46,995 nucleotides of DNA, from positions 1 through 46,995 of IMG/VR virus record IMGVR_UViG_3300027851_000046; one strand, given 5' to 3'. Below, piece after piece: positions 16,025-24,868 of this stretch. This DNA comes from a virus. Taxonomy: Duplodnaviria; Caudoviricetes. Positions within the stretch are counted from its first letter, which is position 1, and each line of letters starts with the position of its first letter. Under the pieces are notes generated by a model. The model saw only the letters and a program-made list of their open reading frames with translations, was not told the origin of the DNA and made no database searches. The position numbers and the translations under genes are program-made.

Positions 16025-17373
16025 CTGGCGTACCTTCCTCGGGACGGCGCTTCCTGTTCTTCCTCGCGATCCTGGGCGCAGCTAACGAACCGTGCGAACT
16101 CTCCCTGGAATTGCAGCAGGCAATATCCTGGCTTCGCATGGCGGCATTTCACCACGTCAATCTCCGTGATCCCGTTCTGCCCTCGGTCTGACTGCATATC
16201 GCGGTGCGCCATGATGATAACGTCCGCGTCCTGTTCAATCTCGCCAGAGTCACGAAGGTCGCTCATTTTCGGCTTGGCGTCGCCTCGCGTCTCGATGCTT
16301 CGGTTCAACTGAGCAAGCGCGACGATAGGGATGCCGAGTTCTTTCGCCAGCGCCTTGAGTCCACGACTGACTGCGCCAAGCTCTTGGTTGCGGTTCTGGT
16401 GCTTAGCGCTTGGGTCTGAGGCAATCAGGCCGATGTAGTCGATAACGATCAGGCTTAGCGGCTTGGCGCGATGCTGGAACCTGGCAATTGAACAGATTCG
16501 CGCAAAGGTCAGCGCAGGCTTATCGCAAATACGCACGTCAGCCTGCGAGACCTTGGCCACCGTCGCAGTCATGCGCATGATTGCGTCTTCATCCTTGAGC
16601 GCTTCGCCCGATTCGATCTTTCCTTGTGACACGGCAGACAGTGCCGCCAGAGAGCGCTTAGCCAATTCAGCCTGCGACATTTCCAGCGAGAATATCAGGC
16701 TAGAGCCGCCATGCTTGACGGCAATTTCATCGGAAAGGCCGACACCCAAAACCGTCTTACCAGTGCCTGGACGCCCCGCGATGATGGCCAAGTTCCCCGG
16801 TCGCAGTCCTTGGATGATCTTGTCTAGGTCAGGCAGATTGAAACCGAGCCCGATTGACTTCTCGCCATTGAATCGCGCCTCCATCTGGTCAAACACCGGG
16901 TTCATCGCCTCGGCCAGTGTAACTACGTCCGGCGTCTCTTCCTGGGCGGTCAGCTCAAACACCAATGCCTGAGCCTGGGCGATCTGCTGCGCCATCTTGC
17001 CGCGCTCCTGAGCAATCTCCATCAGTCGCCGGCCTGTTTCGTAGAGCGCCCGAGCCTTTGCCCTCTCCTGCACAATGCGGGCGTAGTGAACGGCGTTTGC
17101 AGCGCTCGGGACGTTGCTCCATAGCTCTCCAGCGTAAACCATCGTCAAATCGCCGCTGGGAAGCTCTGGGCGCACTTCTGCCAACGCCAGCGGGTCAGGT
17201 TTTACCTTCTTCGAGTGTAAGGCCAGGATCATGTTGTACAGCGCGCCGTTGTCGGCATAGCTGAAGTCAGTGTGAGCCAGGAATGCGCCTACCGTCTCGC
17301 ATAGGTCTGGCTCTTTCATCAGGGCGCCTAGAACGCCGTGCTCGGCCTCCATGGCGATCAGTGGTCTTTCCAT
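16021..17373 (-). CDS. dnaB: Replicative DNA helicase
   Basis: AGRPGTGKT, FSLEM, VIDYIGL, ALAQLNR, DLRDSGEIEQDAD; start moved to MERPL (TGATG overlap). Confidence 0.95.
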   Translation of the reverse strand: MERPLIAMEAEHGVLGALMKEPDLCETVGAFLAHTDFSYADNGALYNMILALHSKKVKPDPLALAEVRPELPSGDLTMVYAGELWSNVPSAANAVHYARIVQERAKARALYETGRRLMEIAQERGKMAQQIAQAQALVFELTAQEETPDVVTLAEAMNPVFDQMEARFNGEKSIGLGFNLPDLDKIIQGLRPGNLAIIAGRPGTGKTVLGVGLSDEIAVKHGGSSLIFSLEMSQAELAKRSLAALSAVSQGKIESGEALKDEDAIMRMTATVAKVSQADVRICDKPALTFARICSIARFQHRAKPLSLIVIDYIGLIASDPSAKHQNRNQELGAVSRGLKALAKELGIPIVALAQLNRSIETRGDAKPKMSDLRDSGEIEQDADVIIMAHRDMQSDRGQNGITEIDVVKCRHAKPGYCLLQFQGEFARFVSCAQDREEEQEAPSRGRYAR

Positions 17374-18125
17374 CAGTTCATCCGCTCCATCAGTTTGATT
17401 GCGTTTGCTGGCTTGGTCACAAAGTCGAAGTCTGCCGTCCAGCCCCTCGCGTTGTCGCCGCACCAGTGTCGGTCAGTCAGGCAGTCAGTGAAATACTGCC
17501 GCCATACCTCGATGCCCTTGCGGAATGGCTTGGTGCCCATGAAGTCAATCTCGCACATGGCTCTGATTTGCTTTTTGCGCTTTTCGTTCATCACGGCACA
17601 CGCTGGGAACGTAGGCGGGCAAATCTCGTTGTACGCCTGTTGAACCTCTGCGTATTTCATCCTTGGCGCCTTCGGAAGCTCGTCCGGGTCGCTGTCAGGC
17701 GACAATGGCTTTTGATCTATTGGTTCTTGGTTATTGGTTAGTGGTTTATGGTTAGTGGTTAGGTGGCGATCCGTGCACGTTTCGTGCTCGATTCGTTCAC
17801 GCTTCGCCCTTCTTGCTTCTTCCCTTGCAAGCGCTATCTCCTGATTTTTCAGAGACTTAGCTTGATAAGCCTCTATTTCATCCTTGACGCGCCGCTGTAC
17901 GTAAAGACCATCCTCAAGGTCGAAGAACTTGCCCAAAACGAAGCGAACCGCAGCAATTTCTTCATCTGTGCGCGCCCATGTCCACTCGATTGCATCATCA
18001 AACGTGGGGAATCGTTCACGGTCATAGCACGCATCAAGCAAGAGCGTGTACGCTCCGTGCTCTAGCATCGAAAGGCGACCTGCCTTCTTGTGGTAGTCGC
18101 CGATATTGCGTTTGAAGTAGTGCAT
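17373..18125 (-). CDS. Replication initiator (YdaU/DUF1376 family, lambda O analogue)
   Basis: MHYFKRNIGDY...LSMLEHGAYTLLLD; C-terminal GDNARGWTADFDF; precedes dnaB. Confidence 0.85.
   Translation of the reverse strand: MHYFKRNIGDYHKKAGRLSMLEHGAYTLLLDACYDRERFPTFDDAIEWTWARTDEEIAAVRFVLGKFFDLEDGLYVQRRVKDEIEAYQAKSLKNQEIALAREEARRAKRERIEHETCTDRHLTTNHKPLTNNQEPIDQKPLSPDSDPDELPKAPRMKYAEVQQAYNEICPPTFPACAVMNEKRKKQIRAMCEIDFMGTKPFRKGIEVWRQYFTDCLTDRHWCGDNARGWTADFDFVTKPANAIKLMERMN
17721..17762. repeat. Six tandem 7-bp repeats (TGGTTNN), candidate origin element
   Basis: TGGTTCT TGGTTAT TGGTTAG TGGTTTA TGGTTAG TGGTTAG within the initiator gene. Confidence 0.7.
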
Positions 18126-18134
18126 GGCGCCTCA

Positions 18135-18317
18135 CTAGATCCCGAGCTCGTCCACGATCCGGTTAATGAAGCGGTCGTATTCCTCTACGCTGGCGCCTCG
18201 GTTATTTTCGTCAAATTCGCGCTTCAGTCTGGCGTACTCCTGCCATAGCTGATCCTCGCTGTAGTTGCGGCATTTCGGATTGGTGCCTTGGAATTTCTGA
18301 GTCATATATTCACCCAA
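18135..18317 (-). CDS. Small hypothetical protein
   Basis: 55-60 aa ORF between the attenuator-like leader and the initiator gene. Confidence 0.6.
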   Translation of the reverse strand: MGEYMTQKFQGTNPKCRNYSEDQLWQEYARLKREFDENNRGASVEEYDRFINRIVDELGI

Positions 18318-18318
18318 T

Positions 18319-18491
18319 AAAAAAGCCGCTTAGGTAGCGTGGTGTGGAAAGGACTATGGCGCCGACGATCCCCCGAGCTGTGAGAAACGCCATAGTCCGA
18401 CCACGCTACCTAAACGGCCTGCGTGCTCAGGGGTTATCGTCATTTACCTCTTGCGCCCGCTTTCCACGGCAGGCGCAAGGGGAGTATATCA
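18319..18491 (-). ncRNA. C4-type attenuator-like leader upstream of the replication genes
   Basis: Long hairpin (TAGGTAGCGTGGT/ACCACGCTACCTA and GGACTATGGCG/CGCCATAGTCC) ending in a U tract, with two long-range complementarities. Confidence 0.6.
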
Positions 18492-19451
18492 GAACAGGTC
18501 GTATTGGGTAGACTTCGCCAGTTCAAGGTTACGAATGGCCAGCTTGAAGTACGATTCCTTAAGCTCTGCGCCGATGAACTTACGCCCAGCCTTTAGGCTC
18601 ATGTAACCCTCGCTGCCGATGCCCATGAATGGCGACCATACAATTTCCCCCGGATTGCTCCAGAGTTGCAGGCATCGCTGGATAACGTCCAATTGCAGCG
18701 GGCAGATATGGCGCTCGTCGTCGCTCTCACGGCCCTCACGGAAGTTAAGCGTGTCAGTCTGGTTGATATCCATCCACACAGGCGATGCATAGCGCTGCCA
18801 CACGTCTACGCTAGTGTTATGGCTGCCTTCCTCTACCGTCCAGCATTCGCGGCCATCGTTCCATACGTGACGCTTAAAGCCAGGTGCAGGCTGATCGCCA
18901 ACGTAGTAGGTGAAAGCCCCACTGATAGGCTCTGCATTGTCGCCTGGCTTGCGCATCATGATCATCGTGTCGGGAATGCCCATGCGGCTCATGCTGCTGT
19001 CTTTCTTGATGGTCTTGTGCAGCAACCCGAGAGCCTTGGTGCGCTGCATTGCCACTACCGGGTCTTTCCAGATAACAACCTCAGAGTGAAAAATGAAGCC
19101 AGCATCCTGATATGCGCGGATCAGCTCGCCACGGAAATCACGAATGCCAATAAACCCATCATTCTGCTTGCTGGTCGGCAAGTTCATGCAATGGATAGCG
19201 ATAATCCGGCCAGGCTTCATGACTCTGAATTGCTCGCGGATCAGGAAAAGATACTGCTGCCAAAACTCGCCTGAGTCCTTGCTGTTTCCCATGTCACGGT
19301 CAGAGTTGGAATATGTGTAAAGCGACTCGAAAGGGGGACTGAACAGACTAAAGTGAACTGAATCGGCGGGCAATTTCATTGCGACCTCTACCGTGTCTGC
19401 GTGATATGCAGCAAAGTCGTTAGTTATAACTTGATCAATTACATTGCCCAT
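18489..19451 (-). CDS. DNA amino-methyltransferase (N4-C/N6-A, beta class)
   Basis: N-terminal FSPPF catalytic motif; HICPLQ and C-terminal SPFMGIGSEG SAM-binding motif. Confidence 0.9.
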   Translation of the reverse strand: MGNVIDQVITNDFAAYHADTVEVAMKLPADSVHFSLFSPPFESLYTYSNSDRDMGNSKDSGEFWQQYLFLIREQFRVMKPGRIIAIHCMNLPTSKQNDGFIGIRDFRGELIRAYQDAGFIFHSEVVIWKDPVVAMQRTKALGLLHKTIKKDSSMSRMGIPDTMIMMRKPGDNAEPISGAFTYYVGDQPAPGFKRHVWNDGRECWTVEEGSHNTSVDVWQRYASPVWMDINQTDTLNFREGRESDDERHICPLQLDVIQRCLQLWSNPGEIVWSPFMGIGSEGYMSLKAGRKFIGAELKESYFKLAIRNLELAKSTQYDLF

Positions 19452-20806
19452 TTCGGAAGCTCCATTTTTACTTGCGGGTTATATTCAGTTTTGGTTGTAG
19501 CAGCAGCGAAGATGGATTGATCCATCATGGTTTTCATGTGTTCAACCATCTTTTCGCCCAGAACTTTGTTCTGCTGGTCTTTGCGCTGGATGTTCTCGAT
19601 AACTGCACCCTCGGTATCAGCCGAGACAACGTGAACATGCACCGGCATCGTCTGACCGAACCGCCAGCACCGGCGGATTGCCTGGTAGTACGACTCCCAG
19701 CTATCGGACAGGCCGACGAAGATCATCTGGTGGCATCCCTGGAAATTCATCCCAAACCCGCATATTTTTGGCTTGGACACCAGTACTCGAACCGATCCAT
19801 GAGCAAACCCCATCATGGAATCAGTCTTGTGTTCCGCTGTATCTGCACCCTTTACCTCTACCGCATCACGAACGGCATGAGTCAGCAGGTCGCTTTCTTC
19901 GTTCAGGTGGCACCAGATCAGAACCTGTCCCTCCATGCTGTTGGCAATCTCTGCGGCCATAGCCACGCGATCACGCACGCTATCCTTGCGCGCCTTGTTG
20001 CGATCCTGAAGCCCTTGCGCCGGCTCAACAAATAGCGAGTCTTCCGGCTCAGTCTCAATGACGTGCGAGTGATAAACCAGCTCAGGCAGCGCATGGCGAG
20101 ATCCATCAAAACCCAGATCGTCAGGCTTGCGGATGACGATTGCCCAAGTTGCAAGCCATTGGAAGAACTTAGACTGGCCGTGACCCTTCAATCGCCACTT
20201 GGCCACGTCGCCGCCATCATGGATGAAGAACATCGCCAGCATTTCCACCTGGCTCATGATGCCCAAGAACTCAGATTGCGTGCCAAGCTCCATAAAATCG
20301 TTGGGGCTTGGTGTAGCGGTGCAGCTCAGGCGGTACGGGATAGACTGCGCAAACTCGGTTATCTCTTTCCGGCGCCGCCCATCCATGCCTTTGAGAATGC
20401 TAGATTCGTCTAGCACTACACCTTTGAACACGTACGGGCTGAATTTGTGCAGTTGCTCATAGTTAGTGATCACCACATGCGGGCCAGACATAGGCGCGTC
20501 ATGGTTTGCCTTCTCTACACGGATGCCATATTTGGCGCCTTCCTCGATGGTCTGGTTTGAAACAGCCAGCGGCGCCAGGATCAGGACAGGGCACCCGGTA
20601 TGCTTTGCCACCTGATCAGACCATGCGAGCTGCATGATGGTTTTGCCCAGTCCGGTGTCTGCAAAAATAGCCGCCTTCCCGCGCTTGAGCGCCCACTTGA
20701 CTATTGGCGCCTGGTAGTCAAATAGCGGGTAAGGCAAGTCAGCAACAGCGAAGCCGGCTTCTACATGCCTGAACGATTTAGCGCTGATGAACTCCTGATA
20801 ATTCAT
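19439..20806 (-). CDS. SNF2-like superfamily 2 helicase
   Basis: ADTGLGKT, VLDESS, TATP, QAIRRCWRFGQ; start moved to MNYQEF. Confidence 0.9.
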   Translation of the reverse strand: MNYQEFISAKSFRHVEAGFAVADLPYPLFDYQAPIVKWALKRGKAAIFADTGLGKTIMQLAWSDQVAKHTGCPVLILAPLAVSNQTIEEGAKYGIRVEKANHDAPMSGPHVVITNYEQLHKFSPYVFKGVVLDESSILKGMDGRRRKEITEFAQSIPYRLSCTATPSPNDFMELGTQSEFLGIMSQVEMLAMFFIHDGGDVAKWRLKGHGQSKFFQWLATWAIVIRKPDDLGFDGSRHALPELVYHSHVIETEPEDSLFVEPAQGLQDRNKARKDSVRDRVAMAAEIANSMEGQVLIWCHLNEESDLLTHAVRDAVEVKGADTAEHKTDSMMGFAHGSVRVLVSKPKICGFGMNFQGCHQMIFVGLSDSWESYYQAIRRCWRFGQTMPVHVHVVSADTEGAVIENIQRKDQQNKVLGEKMVEHMKTMMDQSIFAAATTKTEYNPQVKMELPKWAM

Positions 20807-20973
20807 GCTTCTCTCCATGACTCAAAATACCGAACCTTTTGGATAGTCCGATGGTGTACGTTGTAAATTGCTGCCTGCTGTTTCATGGTCAGGCCGCGCC
20901 GGTTTTCGCGTATCTCATGCACCTGGCGTTCGCTGAGCTTGGGCCTGCGGTGCGGTCTGTGTGCGGCTGGCAT
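20803..20973 (-). CDS. Small HTH protein (56 aa, not in the ORF track)
   Basis: KLSERQVHEIR...TMKQQAAIYNVHHRTIQKV; TAATG and ATGA overlaps. Confidence 0.65.
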   Translation of the reverse strand: MPAAHRPHRRPKLSERQVHEIRENRRGLTMKQQAAIYNVHHRTIQKVRYFESWREA

Positions 20974-21173
20974 TAGTCCTCCCCTAGCGCCAGAAAGTCG
21001 CTAACCTTCATCTCGAAGAATGCCGCCAGCGTCTCAATGGTCGCCATTGATGCCGAGCGTGAGTTAGCCAGGCGGTTTACCCATACCTGGGTCACGCCAA
21101 GTTGCTCGGCCAGCTTTGCCTGGCTCATGCCCTTACTGATCAGCGCGTGCTTGATGCTTTTACCTACGTTCAT
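20973..21173 (-). CDS. Cro/XRE-family HTH regulator
   Basis: GMSQAKLAEQLGVTQVWVNRL; first gene of the leftward operon; no peptidase domain. Confidence 0.85.
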   Translation of the reverse strand: MNVGKSIKHALISKGMSQAKLAEQLGVTQVWVNRLANSRSASMATIETLAAFFEMKVSDFLALGED

Positions 21174-21206
21174 CTTGACCCCTTGTGTCGTTGCTTGGTT
21201 TTGCGA

Positions 21207-21235
21207 ACTATAAACCGGCCAGTTTGCCAATGCAA
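21207..21235 (-). promoter_or_regulatory. Leftward sigma70 promoter
   Basis: TTGCAT-N17-TATAGT. Confidence 0.7.
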
Positions 21236-21258
21236 ACGGATTAGGGTGAAAAATTATC

Positions 21259-21287
21259 TTGACTCGGTTTTTGGATGCATCTACAGT
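21259..21287 (+). promoter_or_regulatory. Rightward sigma70 early promoter
   Basis: TTGACT-N17-TACAGT with an A-rich upstream tract. Confidence 0.7.
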
Positions 21288-21373
21288 TCACCCCATGCCA
21301 GCAACAACGGCACAGGCAGCGTCAGACTGGAATAGCTGGCGATCATTTATGACGTAGGGTTTAGGAGATAGAG

Positions 21374-21904
21374 ATGGGCCTTGATATTACCGCTTACAGA
21401 AAGCTGACCAAGATCGACGCTGTATTCGATGCTGACGGCGAACCAATCGACCCAAAAACGCGAGAGAGCATCGATTACGATTTTCATGCCTATCTGAACC
21501 CCGACTTCCCTGGGCGTGCTGACGATATCGAAGATCGAGCGATCTACTCGGCTCAAGACAGTATGGGCCTGCGCGCTGGAAGCTATGGCGGTTACAACCG
21601 CTGGCGAGATCAGCTGGCAAAGGTTGCCGGATATCCAGCTACTGACTACGAGCAGTACGGAAGAACAACAAAACGCCACGATGCAGGCGCATGGGATGCT
21701 GACTCAGGCCCGTTTTGGGAGCTGATCAACTTCAGTGATTGCGAAGGGGTAATTGGTTCTGCTGTTAGCGCGAAGCTGGCCAAGGACTTCGCAGAATTTC
21801 AGCAAGCCGCCGACCTTGAAGACGATATGTTCCGCACTAAATACGCCGAGTGGCGAGAGGCGTTTGAAATGGCATCCGAAGCTGGCGCCGTGCATTTCCA
21901 CTAA
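21374..21904 (+). CDS. Acidic early protein, first gene of the rightward operon
   Basis: 176 aa; AGGAG RBS; GSYGGYN.WR..L and F.ELINFSDCEG motifs. Confidence 0.8.
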   Translation: MGLDITAYRKLTKIDAVFDADGEPIDPKTRESIDYDFHAYLNPDFPGRADDIEDRAIYSAQDSMGLRAGSYGGYNRWRDQLAKVAGYPATDYEQYGRTTKRHDAGAWDADSGPFWELINFSDCEGVIGSAVSAKLAKDFAEFQQAADLEDDMFRTKYAEWREAFEMASEAGAVHFH

Positions 21905-21954
21905 CCCGCCGCACTGCCGGTAGCAGGGCAAGCCTAATTTGACTGGAGAGCAAA

Positions 21955-22329
21955 ATGACCGCCCCACTTTTCCACCTACAGCCTGACCAGTTCCTCGACA
22001 CGACCGAGGGCCAGAACTGGCTGGCCGGCGCAGTTGATGACCTGATCGAAGGCACGCTGTATATCGACGGCAAGCGGATCGAAGAAGAAGTAATGCGGCT
22101 TGACGATGCGCTGGCAAAGCATGTTGTCGATACCTACAACTTTGGCGAGGACTACGACGGCGCACTAGGCCAGGTACTGCGCAACGTCCTGGCTGGCGAT
22201 ATCGACAAGGCAAGCGCGGCACTGCGCCTGCTGATCACCAAAGACGAAGTACGCGCCATGGCTGAAGAGCTGGTGCGCCCACTGACTCAGGTTTATGCGG
22301 ATAGTTTGGAGGATGAAGATGGCGAGTGA
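21955..22329 (+). CDS. Acidic hypothetical protein
   Basis: 124 aa, GGAG RBS. Confidence 0.75.
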   Translation: MTAPLFHLQPDQFLDTTEGQNWLAGAVDDLIEGTLYIDGKRIEEEVMRLDDALAKHVVDTYNFGEDYDGALGQVLRNVLAGDIDKASAALRLLITKDEVRAMAEELVRPLTQVYADSLEDEDGE

Positions 22330-22588
22330 GAATGTAGTGAAACGGTACGTGACGACATGCGATTGCATGAGCGAGGCTTCATGGGGTGATTACGTGAGGC
22401 ATTCCGAGTACGAAGCCCTGCAATCCCTGAATGCCGAGCTGCTGGAGGCGCTTGTCGAAGTAACGGCAAGCCTTGCATGGAATGCACACGGAGAATGCCG
22501 CGCAATCCATGACGGGCCAATCATGCCGTCAAGTGGAGCGGTTGAGATGGGTAAAGCCGCCATCGCCAAGGCAAGGAGACAAGAATGA
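22319..22588 (+). CDS. Hypothetical protein
   Basis: Start moved to MASENV; ELLEAL...AAIAKA tail. Confidence 0.65.
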   Translation: MASENVVKRYVTTCDCMSEASWGDYVRHSEYEALQSLNAELLEALVEVTASLAWNAHGECRAIHDGPIMPSSGAVEMGKAAIAKARRQE

Positions 22589-22809
22589 CCGCCCACGAAC
22601 GCGAGGCACGCGAGGCGATACGCCGCCTGGGTATATCGCCAGCGCCTATGATCGAACTAGGCGCACTGATCAGCTATATCAGCGACGGTCACTATCAGCG
22701 GCAGTATTGCGAGGGTGCGCGGGATAGTCTGATAGACAAGGCTAGGCACGCGGCAAACAAGCAGCGCCAACGATTGATTGATGCCGATTATTTGAGGAGA
22801 ACAGCATGA
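22585..22809 (+). CDS. Hypothetical protein
   Basis: ATGA-coupled, GGAG RBS. Confidence 0.65.
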   Translation: MTAHEREAREAIRRLGISPAPMIELGALISYISDGHYQRQYCEGARDSLIDKARHAANKQRQRLIDADYLRRTA

Positions 22810-23099
22810 CCACGCCATTGGTGCAATCGATCAGCGATGAGCAATTGGCTGACAGTGAGCGACTGATAACAGAGCTTGATCGTGTGGCCGGCGCGCTGCC
22901 ATCCGTGCGCGCCATGATAGCCCGCCTGCGCGCTGCTGAGGCTGATGCTAAGCGGTATCGCCATCTCCTTGAGAACGCGGTGAGCAAGCACAGCGCAGAG
23001 CAGACGCCAGTTCTGGTTTGTCAGTTCGATCTGCCTCTAAACGACTGGCGAAATGAGGTAAGCCGCAGGATCGACGCCGCCATGGAGCGCGAGCAATGA
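22806..23099 (+). CDS. Hypothetical protein
   Basis: ATGA-coupled; DAKRYR...IDAAM module. Confidence 0.65.
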   Translation: MTTPLVQSISDEQLADSERLITELDRVAGALPSVRAMIARLRAAEADAKRYRHLLENAVSKHSAEQTPVLVCQFDLPLNDWRNEVSRRIDAAMEREQ

Positions 23100-23304
23100 C
23101 TATTCACCCTACCATGATCTACGCCCTGTTCTTCCTCGGTGGAATCTGGGCATTCGCATCGGCTTTTGCTGAGATGCTGGCACCATGACCCGCTACCAAC
23201 GCGCCCGCCGCTACGCCATCTGGCGCGGCCTATGCTGTTCTATCAGCGTCTTTACTCTCTACGTGCTGGCTCTGGGGCTGGCTGACAAGATAACGGGGTG
23301 ATCA

Positions 23305-23604
23305 ATGGAAGACTACGGCGACCGCGACATGATGGCCATCTGCGCATTCCGCTACTGCCTGGGGCGCAGAACCTACGTGGTGAGCGAGTGCGTGGCGTGG
23401 CTGATTCGCGTGTGGGATAAGCTTGACGCGAAGGCGAGAGCGGTTATTGAGCGCGATCTACTGGAGGAGATCAAGCGCGACGATGATGCACGGGCAGAGG
23501 GTAGCCAGTGGCACCCGCTGGGCATGGACTTCGACCGGGCCGACTGGCTGAGGTTGCGTGACTTCATTATTGATAGCAAGGGGATGGATAAACGTACAGG
23601 TTGA
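23305..23604 (+). CDS. Hypothetical phage protein
   Basis: AFRYCLGRRTYVV motif, 99 aa. Confidence 0.7.
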   Translation: MEDYGDRDMMAICAFRYCLGRRTYVVSECVAWLIRVWDKLDAKARAVIERDLLEEIKRDDDARAEGSQWHPLGMDFDRADWLRLRDFIIDSKGMDKRTG

Positions 23605-23783
23605 CGAGGTTGCTTAGTGCGGTAGACTGGGCGCGCTGAAGGTTTGAGACCCGGAAGCAAGCAAGACCAAAAGGGGCAGCCCGCAATGGCGAGCACCTTC
23701 CTACCCTGCGACCTTTAGCTTCCCCGCTATGGTCGGGTTGCAGGGGAAGTCTCAAAAGGTGTTCGACCAATGCGGGCTTTTTA
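23601..23783 (+). promoter_or_regulatory. Promoter plus C4-type attenuator-like leader upstream of the recombination genes
   Basis: TTGACG-N16-TAGACT; long hairpin GCCCGCA...TGCGGGC followed by TTTTT; TTTGAGAC/GTCTCAAA and GGAAGC/GCTTCC complementarities. Confidence 0.6.
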
Positions 23784-23796
23784 TTGGAGATTTGAA

Positions 23797-24861
23797 ATGA
23801 CTACAGATACTCAGATTGTCGCATTGCCTGAAAAGGAAACCGCGCTACAGGTTTACAGCGCGGCAAATGGCCTTGATCCGTTCCTGGCAAAAATCCGCGA
23901 AGAGATCGACGGATTTACGCCGGACGTGACCACTCGCAAGGGGCGCGAGGCGATTGCTTCTATCGCCTACAAGGTCGCCCGCTCCAAAACTGCGCTGGAC
24001 AACGTAGGCAAGGAACTGGTTGCCGAGCTGAAAGAGGTGCCGAAGAAGATCGACGCCGAGCGCAAGCGCATGCGTGATTTGCTGGACAACTGGCAGGCCG
24101 AAGTGCGGCAGCCGCTTACCGAGTGGGAAGAGGCCGAGGAAGCGCGCAAGGCTAAGCATAAATCAGGAATTGATCAAATCAATCTGCGACTTGAGTGCCG
24201 CGACCTGGACGCCGAAGAACTGAAGTCAAACATTGCTTTGCTGGAAGGCATGGCAATCGGTGCCGAATGGGAAGAGTACGAAACAGAAGCCGCTCGATCC
24301 AAAGAAAAGGCACTGTTAGCGCTGCGCGAATCTCTGGTAGCACGCGAGAAGTACGAGGCCGAGCAGGCCGAACTGGAGCGACTGCGCGCCGAGGCCGCAG
24401 CACGCGAGCAGAAAGAACGCGAAGAACGCATCGCCCGCGAAGCAGCAGAGGCAGAGCGCTTGGCAGCAGAACGCCGAGCGCAAGAAGAGCGCGACGCTAC
24501 AGCGCGTCGAGAGGCTGAAGCCAAGGCCGCAGCAGAGCGCCGCGAGCTGGAGCTAAAGCTGGCCGCAGAGCGCGCTGAACGCGAAGCGCTGGAGGCCAAG
24601 CAGCGCGCAGAACAGGCAGAGCGTGACGCACAGGCACGAGCTGAAGCAGCGGCAGCAGCCGAACGCCAGCGCCAGGCCGACGAGCAAGCACGAATCGAAG
24701 CCGAAGCGCAGGCGCGTGAAAAAGACCGCGCACACAAAAGCGCTGTCATGAAAGCAGCAAAAGAGGCAATCATGACCGCTGGCGTTACCGAAGAACAGGC
24801 CAAGGCCATCGTTAGGCTGATCGCGTCCGGCTCCGTGCCGCGCGTATCCATTTCGTACTGA
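23797..24861 (+). CDS. Coiled-coil protein preceding the recombinase
   Basis: DVTTRKGREAIASIAYKVARSKT N-domain and long E/A/R-rich helix; GGAG RBS before MTTDTQ. Confidence 0.8.
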   Translation: MTTDTQIVALPEKETALQVYSAANGLDPFLAKIREEIDGFTPDVTTRKGREAIASIAYKVARSKTALDNVGKELVAELKEVPKKIDAERKRMRDLLDNWQAEVRQPLTEWEEAEEARKAKHKSGIDQINLRLECRDLDAEELKSNIALLEGMAIGAEWEEYETEAARSKEKALLALRESLVAREKYEAEQAELERLRAEAAAREQKEREERIAREAAEAERLAAERRAQEERDATARREAEAKAAAERRELELKLAAERAEREALEAKQRAEQAERDAQARAEAAAAAERQRQADEQARIEAEAQAREKDRAHKSAVMKAAKEAIMTAGVTEEQAKAIVRLIASGSVPRVSISY

Positions 24862-24868
24862 GGTAGTT

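Noticed and set aside
21905-21940. Intergenic CACTGCCGGTAGCAGGGCAAGCCTAA loosely resembling a solitary I-F repeat
   Set aside because: Only 8 contiguous bases match and the Cas6f hairpin cannot form with the right spacing.
24340-24730. Repetitive GCAGAGCG-like sequence
   Set aside because: Explained by an E/A/R-rich coiled coil; not a CRISPR array or DNA-level repeat.
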